Under the pieces are notes generated by a model. The model ran no database searches, was not told the origin of the DNA, and was given only the letters and a program-made list of their open reading frames with translations. The position numbers and the translations under genes were made by a program. A stretch of 64,000 bases of DNA, taken from NCBI GenBank assembly GCA_022842935.1, contig JALHOP010000014.1, positions 58,053 to 122,052 on the forward strand. Reading direction: 5' to 3'. The stretch's first letter is position 1; every line of letters begins with the position of its first letter. Positions 9,095 through 16,713 of the stretch are shown here, piece by piece. Source of the stretch: Myxococcota bacterium (GTDB lineage: Bacteria; Myxococcota; XYA12-FULL-58-9; JALHOP01).

Positions 9095-9802
9095 TCAGCC
9101 TTCGTCGTCTTCTTCGCCGTCCGGCTTCTTTCCGAGGGGCAGATTGTCGATGTAACCAGAGTGGCGCAGATACGCGCGCAGTCGGCTGCGCAGCCGTGAC
9201 TCGGCGGTGCGAACCTTCATGCGGGTGCTACCAATGGCCTCCGCCGTCTCTTCTTGGCCGCGACCTTCGGCGAAGCGCAACACGAGCAAGCTACGGTCGT
9301 GCTCATCGAGGTCGCCCATGAACTTGTCGATGAGCGTCTTGAGCTCGGTCGTCTCCATCTTGGTGTCTTGTGATGGAGAGGGCTGGCCGTAGAGGAGCCC
9401 CGTGAACTCCTCGGTGACCTCGTCGTCCATGACGGTGAGGTGGCTGCGCTCATCGGAGCCCGAGATGTATTCACTGAAGGCGATTTCGCGATTGCGGAAC
9501 TGGTTGATCACCATGTTGCGCGCGATCGCGAGCACCCAGTTGGTGAACGAGTAGGCGCCGTTGTACGAGTTGCGCGCCTTCGCTTCGAACGCCCGCCGGA
9601 AGACCTCTTGCACGGCGGACTTCAGCTCACTCGGGTCCTGGATACCCTTGAAGTAGAAGTTGCCGGTGGCGCTGCGGAAGCTGAAGCCCTTGCGCAAGAA
9701 CGACGTCACACCCGGCGCGTAGTGCCGGTAGACCTCGTCCATCGCCTTGCGATCGCCCTTCTTGAAGGCCTCGAGGAGCTTTGGATTCTTGGCAAGAAAC
9801 AT
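9095..9802 (-). CDS. RNA polymerase sigma-70 family (ECF-type) sigma factor
   Basis: 235 aa. Region-2-like FTNWVLAIARNMVINQFR and region-4 HTH LLVLRFAEGRGQEETAEAIGSTRMKVRTAESRLRSRLRAYL. Confidence 0.8.
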   Translation of the reverse strand: MFLAKNPKLLEAFKKGDRKAMDEVYRHYAPGVTSFLRKGFSFRSATGNFYFKGIQDPSELKSAVQEVFRRAFEAKARNSYNGAYSFTNWVLAIARNMVINQFRNREIAFSEYISGSDERSHLTVMDDEVTEEFTGLLYGQPSPSQDTKMETTELKTLIDKFMGDLDEHDRSLLVLRFAEGRGQEETAEAIGSTRMKVRTAESRLRSRLRAYLRHSGYIDNLPLGKKPDGEEDDEG

Positions 9803-9890
9803 GGAGCGTTAGTCCACGCTACGTAGCGCGAGATCCCTCTATGAAGCCAGGAAAACGAAAGCACCAGGAACCTTCTCGAGCCCAGCGAAC

Positions 9891-9919
9891 GGGGATGGAG
9901 GGGAATGGAGGGAATGGAG
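9891..9919 (+). repeat. Three tandem copies of a 9-10 bp unit GG(G)RATGGAG in the sigma/lexA divergent intergenic region
   Basis: Read directly: GGGGATGGAG GGGAATGGAG GGAATGGAG, followed by GAACCAGGAAC which echoes CACCAGGAACC at about 9862. Confidence 0.6.
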
Positions 9920-9979
9920 GAACCAGGAACTTTCCCGCCGACGCGACTCCGCGTACGCGCTTGACGGTCTTTTCCATTG

Positions 9980-10010
9980 CTGAACATTTGACACGTGTTC
10001 AAGCGTTCAG
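9980..10010 (+). promoter_or_regulatory. Candidate LexA (SOS) operator: CTGAAC / GTTCAG half-sites
   Basis: CTGAACATTTGACACGTGTTCAAGCGTTCAG lies 13-40 nt upstream of the lexA start. Contains the GTTCAG half-site and inverted CTGAAC; about 13 of 17 match to the myxobacterial-type consensus CTRHAMRYBYGTTCAGS as recalled. Confidence 0.35.
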
Positions 10011-10022
10011 TAATTTTGCGGA

Positions 10023-10721
10023 ATGACCGACCGCCCCGAGCTCACCGATCGCCAGCGCGAAGTTTATGAGTTCATTCAAGATCGCATTCGGGCCTGGGGC
10101 TATCCGCCAACGATCCGCGAGATCGGCGAGCACCTCGGTATCCGCTCCACCAACGGCGTCGCCGACCACCTCAAGGCGCTAAAGCGTAAGGGTTATTTGC
10201 AGCAGCAAGACATGAAGTCGCGCACCCTCATGCTGGTCAACGAAGAGCCGACCAACAACAAGCGCTCGGAATCCGTCGGCAGCAACGTCGTGCGCGCCCT
10301 CTTCCCGTCCAGCGGTAGCGGTCGCAGCCTCGAGATCCCCATCCTGGGTCGGGTCGCCGCAGGTGAGCCCATCCTTGCCGAGGAGCACGCCGAGGGGTCG
10401 GTCGTCGTCGACTCGATGTTGGTCGGCGACGGCAAGAAGCTCTTCGCCCTCAAAGTCGTCGGCGAGTCCATGATCGACGACGGCATCTACGACGGCGACT
10501 ACATCTTCGTACGCAAGCGGGCCCACGCCGAGCCCGGCGAGATCGTCGTCGTCATCATCGAGAACGAAGCCACCGTGAAGCGATTCTACCCCGAAGGCGA
10601 TCGCATCCGCCTGCAGCCGGCCAACGCCAGCATGAAACCCATTTACGTCGACAAGAAAGACTTCAAGCAGGTTCAAATCATCGGACTCGTCGTTGGAGTC
10701 TATCGCCGCCTGCCCGGCTGA
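10023..10721 (+). CDS. lexA: LexA repressor (SOS response transcriptional repressor / S24 peptidase)
   Basis: 232 aa. N-terminal winged HTH (YPPTIREIGEHLGIRSTNGVADHLKALKRKGYL), Ala-Gly cleavage site (VAAGEP), catalytic Ser in GESM and Lys in VKRF. Confidence 0.9.
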   Translation: MTDRPELTDRQREVYEFIQDRIRAWGYPPTIREIGEHLGIRSTNGVADHLKALKRKGYLQQQDMKSRTLMLVNEEPTNNKRSESVGSNVVRALFPSSGSGRSLEIPILGRVAAGEPILAEEHAEGSVVVDSMLVGDGKKLFALKVVGESMIDDGIYDGDYIFVRKRAHAEPGEIVVVIIENEATVKRFYPEGDRIRLQPANASMKPIYVDKKDFKQVQIIGLVVGVYRRLPG

Positions 10722-10747
10722 GTTGGCCACGGCGCGACCCTGCCGAG

Positions 10748-11248
10748 GTGACAGACATCGGCTCGTCACCAATCGCCGATACCCGGGACAGCCAGTCAAC
10801 AAACGGGGTCCTCGTGGGTGATTTGTCTGTTCCGAAGCCGTCCACTGCCACAGCACAGTCGACCGCGACGCAGGCGACCAGTGGCGCGGCGTTGCAACTC
10901 CCTATGCCGCCAGAGCACCCCAGCTTCGCCGTCGTCGCTCTCAAGGTCCTGCGCGCGCAGAAGCCGAATGCGTTGGTTGATCAGTTCGCGACCGAGACCG
11001 GCATCGGCATGCTCCTGAATGGCAAGTCGGGCCGCATCAAAGAGGTTGCCAACATCACGGTCGGTCCCGACCGCATCAGCTGCAATGTCACGGTCGCCGA
11101 ATACAGCGCATTCGATGGCGGGTTCACGCCGAATGGCCCGTCGAGGACCTACGCCGTCGTCATCCAAGGCGAGACTCTCGCGACGCTCATCGCAGCCCTG
11201 AAGGCCGAGCCGCCCATGCACTCCGGCAACGCCATCGTCTTCGGCTAA
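10748..11248 (+). CDS. Hypothetical protein
   Basis: 166 aa with good GC3 bias; the overlapping minus-strand ORF is Arg-rich and less protein-like. Confidence 0.5.
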   Translation: MTDIGSSPIADTRDSQSTNGVLVGDLSVPKPSTATAQSTATQATSGAALQLPMPPEHPSFAVVALKVLRAQKPNALVDQFATETGIGMLLNGKSGRIKEVANITVGPDRISCNVTVAEYSAFDGGFTPNGPSRTYAVVIQGETLATLIAALKAEPPMHSGNAIVFG

Positions 11249-11283
11249 GCCGCTCATCGCGATCGATGCGCGTGGTGCGGGGG

Positions 11284-11478
11284 CTACTCGTCCCCGTGCC
11301 CGTTGAGACTGTCATCGCCATCGGGCGCCGCTAGGCGTGCGTCGATCTCGTCCATGAGCTCGAGGAGCTCGTCGACGCGTGACTCGAGCCGAGACAGGTC
11401 GTCTTTGGTGACCAAGCCGGGGTTCCCGGCAACAAGCCACTCCTTGAGTGTGTCGAACATCGATTCGTTCGCGGCCAT
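11284..11478 (-). CDS. Small hypothetical coiled-coil protein
   Basis: 64 aa, acidic helical sequence (LSRLESRVDELLELMDEIDARL). Only weakly supported. Confidence 0.3.
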   Translation of the reverse strand: MAANESMFDTLKEWLVAGNPGLVTKDDLSRLESRVDELLELMDEIDARLAAPDGDDSLNGHGDE

Positions 11479-11555
11479 GCCCGAAACCTACGGCGGGTGG
11501 CAGTCCTCGTCAAACGTTGCACCTTCGCGCCCGACATGCGACGGAACGCGCCGCC

Positions 11556-12485
11556 ATGGCGTTTCTCCCCAGGCTTCGCGTCGTCACCGGTAAAGGTGGA
11601 GTCGGTAAGACCACCGTCGCGGCGGCCCTCGCGCTGGCAGAGGCGCGTCGCGGCAGACGCGTTTTGCTCGCCGAAGTGAACGGGCGTGACCGAGCTTCGC
11701 TTCTCCTCGGCGTCGAGCCTACCGGCAGCAAGCTCACAAGCGTGCTCCCAAACATCGCGCTCGTCGACATGAACCCACGCGACACGCTGCGCGAGTACGT
11801 ACTGCTCACGTTCAAGTTCGAGACCGTCTACAAAGCGGTCTTCGAGAATCGCGTGGTGAAGAATTTCCTGCGGCTCACCCCAAGCCTCGGGGAACTGATG
11901 ATGCTCGGGAAGGTCTGGTACCACGAACGCGAACGCGAGGACGACCGGCCCCGCTTCGACGTCATCGTGCTCGACGCACCAGCCACAGGGCACGCCATCG
12001 CGATGTTGCGCGCTCCTGGCGTGGTGCAAGCAACGGTACCGGCGGGCCCGCTCCGCGAAAACGCACGCTTGATCGATCAACTGCTTCGCGACACCAAACG
12101 CTCTACCGTCCACGTCGTCACGACACCGGAAGAAATGCCTGTGAACGAGGCGGTGGAAATAGAGCGTGCCGTCTGCGACGAGCTCGGCATGCGAATCGGC
12201 ATCACGTTCTTGAACCAGCGCGTCACCGCGCTGCCGCCAGAGATCGTACCAACGCTAAACGTGTCCGCCAAAGAAGACAAACGGCTTACCGACGCAGCGC
12301 ATGTCCTGCATGCGCGTGAAGTGCGGCGGCTTGCCGGCGAGGAGAATCTTCAGCGCCTTCCGCACAAGATGTTGCGTGACTCAGTGAGTATCCCACGCAT
12401 CGTCGGTGCTGACTTCGGTCTTCAAAGTCTCGAAGCGATTGCGGACGTTGTCGCGAAAGCCCTCGCGCGCGAGGTCGAGCAATGA
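11556..12485 (+). CDS. ArsA/Get3-family P-loop ATPase (anion-transporting ATPase-like), paralog 1
   Basis: Start chosen at internal ATG (MAFLPRLRVVTGKGGVGKTT). P-loop GKGGVGKTT and ArsA-type signature DAPATGH. Confidence 0.8.
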   Translation: MAFLPRLRVVTGKGGVGKTTVAAALALAEARRGRRVLLAEVNGRDRASLLLGVEPTGSKLTSVLPNIALVDMNPRDTLREYVLLTFKFETVYKAVFENRVVKNFLRLTPSLGELMMLGKVWYHEREREDDRPRFDVIVLDAPATGHAIAMLRAPGVVQATVPAGPLRENARLIDQLLRDTKRSTVHVVTTPEEMPVNEAVEIERAVCDELGMRIGITFLNQRVTALPPEIVPTLNVSAKEDKRLTDAAHVLHAREVRRLAGEENLQRLPHKMLRDSVSIPRIVGADFGLQSLEAIADVVAKALAREVEQ

Positions 12486-13609
12486 GTCGACCGATCTGGG
12501 AAGGTCGCAAAGTCGTCGTCAACGTCGGCACCGGGGGCGTCGGCAAGACCACGGTCTCGGCGGCGATGGCCGTTGCGGCCGCAGCGAGTGGGCGCCGAAC
12601 CCTGGTGATGACCATCGACCCCGCGCGACGCCTCGCGAACGCGCTTGGTTTGCCGTCGTTCGGCAACGTGGAGCACGAGATCGAGCAGGAGCAGCTCGCG
12701 CCTTACGGCGTCCAGCTGAAGGCGCCCCTGTGGGCGATGATGCCCGACGTGAAGAGAACCTTCGACGAGCTCGTCGAGCGCTTCGCTCCGAACGACGAGA
12801 AGAAGCGCGCCATTCTAGGAAACCGCATTTATCAGCACTTCTCGACTGTCCTCGTCGGCTCGCACGAGTACGCGGCGGTCGAAAAGCTCCACGAAGTGTA
12901 CGCGAGCGGCAAATACGATCTCATCGTTCTCGACACACCTCCATCGGGAAACGCGGTCGACTTTCTCGAGGCGCCGAGCCGCATCATCGACTTCCTCGAG
13001 CAAGACACGGTGCAGTGGCTCGTGAAACCCTATGCGGCTGCCGGTCGCTTCTCGCTGAAGCTCCTCGACGTCGGCAGCTCCTTCATCAGCAAGAGCGTGG
13101 GCAAGCTCGCTGGCGCCGAGACCCTCCGCGAGCTCGCCGAGTTCGTACTTGGGTTCCAGGGCATGTACGAGGGTTTCCGCGAGCGCTCGCGTCGTGTCCG
13201 CGAGCTGCTGGCATCCGACGAGGTCGCCTTCAATCTCGTATCGAGCACGCAGCGCGCGCAGCACGACGCGATGTTCCGCTTCAAAGAAGAGCTCGCTACG
13301 GAGGGCTTGAAGGTCCGGGCCCTGGTCGTCAATCGCGTGCGCAACGTGCCACCCGGCGCGGCCACCCCAAAGACGCTCGAGGCGGTACGAGCCGCCCTGC
13401 AGACCTTGGCCCCAGGCGCCGCCGAACAAGCGCTGAGCGCGCTCGCCGAGGAAGCAACGCTCGCCTCAAACGACCGCGACGCCATTCAGAACTTGTCCGA
13501 GCGCCTGGGTCACGTCAGCACGATTCTCTTGCCCGAGCTCGCCAGTGACGTGCATGACCTCGCTAGCCTCTCGGCCCTTCATTCCTATTTCCTCCAAGGC
13601 GCGACATGA
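12482..13609 (+). CDS. ArsA/Get3-family P-loop ATPase, paralog 2
   Basis: 375 aa. ATGA start/stop overlap with paralog 1. P-loop GTGGVGKTT, signature DTPPSGN. Confidence 0.8.
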   Translation: MSRPIWEGRKVVVNVGTGGVGKTTVSAAMAVAAAASGRRTLVMTIDPARRLANALGLPSFGNVEHEIEQEQLAPYGVQLKAPLWAMMPDVKRTFDELVERFAPNDEKKRAILGNRIYQHFSTVLVGSHEYAAVEKLHEVYASGKYDLIVLDTPPSGNAVDFLEAPSRIIDFLEQDTVQWLVKPYAAAGRFSLKLLDVGSSFISKSVGKLAGAETLRELAEFVLGFQGMYEGFRERSRRVRELLASDEVAFNLVSSTQRAQHDAMFRFKEELATEGLKVRALVVNRVRNVPPGAATPKTLEAVRAALQTLAPGAAEQALSALAEEATLASNDRDAIQNLSERLGHVSTILLPELASDVHDLASLSALHSYFLQGAT

Positions 13610-14562
13610 GCGGCCGAAACACAACACCTGAACCAGCCGACAATCGACCACCCATGGTGTTCGTGCGTCTCGCCGCCCTTCTCGTCGCCTTTTTGGGGGC
13701 AAGTGTCGCCCACGCCGGTCCCCGTGATTTCTCGCTCATCGGCCTCGGGCGCCCCCAGAGCAACGAGCTTTCCGACCCCTCCGTGGCCCGCTATCGGGCC
13801 TTGGCGACCGAGCTCGCGTTCGTGGTCGGCCCGCGGGTACTCGCGGGCGCGGACAGTCTGGGTGCCGCCGGCTTCGAGCTCGCCTTCGCTCTCAACTACA
13901 CCGGCATCAGCGGCAGCGCGGACTACTGGCAGGGCTCACCTTCGGCCCCTGTTTTCGAGAGCGCGGTCAGCGGCGGTACGACGCCGGGCGGCTTTTGGTC
14001 ACCGACCTTGCAAGTTCGCAAGGGCCTTCCATTTTCGACCGACCTCGCGCTCAGCATGGCTTACCTCGGCTCGAGCTCGATGGTTGCCCTCGGGCTCGAC
14101 GCCAAGGTGGGCCTCTTCGAGGCTTATTTGCCGCGTTATGTTCCGGACGTCGCCCTGCGCGCCGCAGTGGGCCATCTCGTCGGCGCGAGCGAGCTGACGC
14201 AAACGACGCTCGAGTTCGACGTGCTCGCCTCATACACCATCATATGGAAGGCGGCGGTTCGCCTCACACCATCGCTTGGCATTGGCCGCATGCTGGTTCG
14301 CACGAGCAGCGGGGTCCTCGACGCGACGCCGGCCGAGGTGGTTGACCCCGCGGATCAGACGTTCGCGCCCGGAGGCTCACTCTATCGCTTCCCGACACTT
14401 GGCTTCGGTGACAATCACATCACGCGCCTGTTCTTGGGATGCCACGCCGTGTATGGCTTCGGATTCGCGGGCTACTTTCTCGACCTCGGCTTCGTACCGT
14501 CGGGCATCGGGGCCGCCAGCACACACGTCAGCCACACCCTCAAGGTCGGTCTCAACATCTGA
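13606..14562 (+). CDS. Secreted hypothetical protein (N-terminal signal peptide)
   Basis: 318 aa. ATGA overlap with the preceding ATPase. Signal-like MVFVRLAALLVAFLGASVAHA; Gly/Ala/Ser-rich beta-type composition. Confidence 0.65.
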   Translation: MSGRNTTPEPADNRPPMVFVRLAALLVAFLGASVAHAGPRDFSLIGLGRPQSNELSDPSVARYRALATELAFVVGPRVLAGADSLGAAGFELAFALNYTGISGSADYWQGSPSAPVFESAVSGGTTPGGFWSPTLQVRKGLPFSTDLALSMAYLGSSSMVALGLDAKVGLFEAYLPRYVPDVALRAAVGHLVGASELTQTTLEFDVLASYTIIWKAAVRLTPSLGIGRMLVRTSSGVLDATPAEVVDPADQTFAPGGSLYRFPTLGFGDNHITRLFLGCHAVYGFGFAGYFLDLGFVPSGIGAASTHVSHTLKVGLNI

Positions 14563-14693
14563 TGCAGGTGCCTTATCTTCCAGAGCTCCTGCTCACCCTG
14601 TTCATCCTTGCGATGGTCTTCAGCGCGCACAATCTGCGACGCCTCGGCGACAACTTCGGCCGTCTTCTAGAGCGGACATTCGGCAAGCGCTAA
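14562..14693 (+). CDS. TatA/TatE-like mini-protein (single TM helix + amphipathic helix), 43 aa
   Basis: ATG overlaps the TGA of the previous gene (TGATG). MQVPYLPELLLTLFILAMVFSAHNLRRLGDNFGRLLERTFGKR matches the TatA pattern (TM helix, hinge, L-R-x-L-G-x-x-F/L-G...F-K), but hinge Gly is replaced by Ser. Confidence 0.4.
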   Translation: MQVPYLPELLLTLFILAMVFSAHNLRRLGDNFGRLLERTFGKR

Positions 14694-14700
14694 AAGAGTT

Positions 14701-16620
14701 TTATTGTTCGGCGGGCTCGCTGGGAGCGTCTTCGTCGGCGTCGCGCGCCTTGCGTTTCATCTTCGTGCGCTTGGCCTTCATCTTGGCCTTGTTCTGCGAG
14801 AGGTCATGCTCGACGGCTGGCGACTTGCTCGACCCATCGTCGTTCGGCGCGACGACCTGGGGCGGCGCGGGTTGCGCGGGCTCCGCTGGCCGAGCCGGGG
14901 CGGTCACCTGAACGGCTGGCGCGGTCTGCACCAAGTGAACACGGTGGCGGCTCGAACGCAGCTCGCGGGGGGCGGGAGAGACGACCACCATGAAGGGCAA
15001 ACGCTCGCCCGGCGCGATGGTGAGGGGACCGTTCTGCTTTGCGGCGAAGGCGCGACGCGCGGAGTCGGGTGTTTCGAGACGAGCCAGCTCAGCGACGCTC
15101 AAGACAACACCGAGCGCCCCACGCGCTTCGGCGAGCAAGGTGTCGTCTTGCTTGCGGACCTGGGCGACGATCTCGAGGTTCGAGACGGGCTGCGTGCTGG
15201 TGTTCTTCACCTCACCCGTGAACACGAGGATCTTGCCATACGCCGTGGGATACAAGACCGACCGCATCGAGGTGGGCTGCACGCCCAGAATTCCTGACGC
15301 GCCTTCGATGCCATCGCCGCGCACGATGCGTTCCGGATCACGTAGCACTTCGATGTCGAGCTGCCCACTGCGGACCAACGCGAAAACAGCGAGCCCAAGG
15401 AGCACGAGCGACAGCATGACGGTCGTGGCGGCGCGAACGAAACGTGTCGCCGAGGTCACCTCGGGTGGGGGTGCCGCGCGCGGGACCCCGTCCTGGGTCA
15501 ACCCCTCGCCGAGCCCACCGCGGATGGGTCGTGTCTCACGACGCTGCTCGAGGCGGCCAAGCTCGAGGTTGTGAACCGCCGTCTGCCCCTCGAAGGCGTT
15601 GATCGCGGGCCGTGTGAGCTCTTGCGGGGGCGAAAAAGTGCCGTCCGACGACAAGCCACCGCTCATCAACAGCTCGGCGTCGTCCTGCTGAGGTACGGCG
15701 CGCGCCATGAGCGCGGGGTCGATGCGACCGACGAATGTCTCCATGCCACCGCCAGCGGAGAGCATCGCGCTCTGCTGATGTGCCTCGTTGGCAGGCCGGG
15801 TGAGCGACGGCACCTGGATAATCGACGTACGAGCCTGCGTGATGTGGTCTGGGAACGCAGGCACGTTCGACAGCGACTGCGCGCCAGGGCCCGATGCGGC
15901 GGAAAGCGTGATCGGCGGAGCGCTGAGCGACTCGGCGATGAGCGACGGCGTCTGACCCACTTTGGTCACGGACCGTGAGATCTCGCCCGCCATGGGCTGC
16001 GGCGCCGCAGACTCACGCATCAAGCCGCGGTGGTCGATTGTCGGCTCGTCTTCGATGGACACGACGTCATCGTCATCGATGCTGATGACATCGTCGTCGG
16101 TGACCGCAGTCGCCGTGTCGTCGCTGATGTCGATATTCATGAAGTCATTGCCGAGACTCATGCCGTGGGACGCCGGAAAGGCGACACCGCCATGCGACGC
16201 GAGCCCGGGGGCGACCGCCGCCGAGACATCATCGAGAGTCATGCTGAGTCGCGAGGGCGGATCGACGAGCGTCTCGACGTCATCGAAGGTCGTTGGGACC
16301 GGAGCACGGCTTGCAGGCCCGACCATATGCACCGCGGTCTTTGCGTCATGTGGCGACGTATCGAACGCGAAGGTCGGTGGTAGCGTCTCGTGTGCGGTGG
16401 TGTCTCCCTCGAGCGATACCGGCGCACTCAGGCTCTGCTGTTGCGGATTGTCCACTTTAGTGGACGCGAAAGGGTCGAGCGCTTCGACGTCATCGTCATC
16501 GTCGGCATGGACGACGAAGCCGTAACTACACACCGAGCAAGTCACGCGCGCGCCACGGTCGCTCAGACGGCGCGCGTCGAGGCGAAACCTAGTGGAGCAC
16601 TGCGGACATTGAACGATCAT
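14701..16620 (-). CDS. MJ0042-type zinc-ribbon protein with TM segment and C-terminal DUF3426-like domain
   Basis: Start set at MIVQCPQCSTRFRLD...CSVC (zinc-ribbon CxxC...CxxC). Long acidic low-complexity linker, TM AATTVMLSLVLLGLAVFALV, C-terminal beta-rich domain. Confidence 0.7.
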   Translation of the reverse strand: MIVQCPQCSTRFRLDARRLSDRGARVTCSVCSYGFVVHADDDDDVEALDPFASTKVDNPQQQSLSAPVSLEGDTTAHETLPPTFAFDTSPHDAKTAVHMVGPASRAPVPTTFDDVETLVDPPSRLSMTLDDVSAAVAPGLASHGGVAFPASHGMSLGNDFMNIDISDDTATAVTDDDVISIDDDDVVSIEDEPTIDHRGLMRESAAPQPMAGEISRSVTKVGQTPSLIAESLSAPPITLSAASGPGAQSLSNVPAFPDHITQARTSIIQVPSLTRPANEAHQQSAMLSAGGGMETFVGRIDPALMARAVPQQDDAELLMSGGLSSDGTFSPPQELTRPAINAFEGQTAVHNLELGRLEQRRETRPIRGGLGEGLTQDGVPRAAPPPEVTSATRFVRAATTVMLSLVLLGLAVFALVRSGQLDIEVLRDPERIVRGDGIEGASGILGVQPTSMRSVLYPTAYGKILVFTGEVKNTSTQPVSNLEIVAQVRKQDDTLLAEARGALGVVLSVAELARLETPDSARRAFAAKQNGPLTIAPGERLPFMVVVSPAPRELRSSRHRVHLVQTAPAVQVTAPARPAEPAQPAPPQVVAPNDDGSSKSPAVEHDLSQNKAKMKAKRTKMKRKARDADEDAPSEPAEQ

Positions 16621-16713
16621 CGTCGTGCACCAGGGAGACCCGTAGCCGGGTCTCACCAACGCCTGTCGAAGTTATAAATCAGCAGCCAGCTTGCGCAAAC
16701 TAACTGATCAAGT

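Noticed and set aside
8900-9095. Possible tRNA or small RNA in the 195-bp spacer downstream of the ECF sigma gene
   Set aside because: No cloverleaf-compatible stems or conserved T-loop (GTTCRA) could be found by inspection; left unannotated.
12406-13548. 380-aa plus-strand ORF in an alternative frame over the second ArsA-like gene
   Set aside because: Extremely Arg-rich (RRHRGRRQ...) alternative frame of a gene with clear P-loop motifs.
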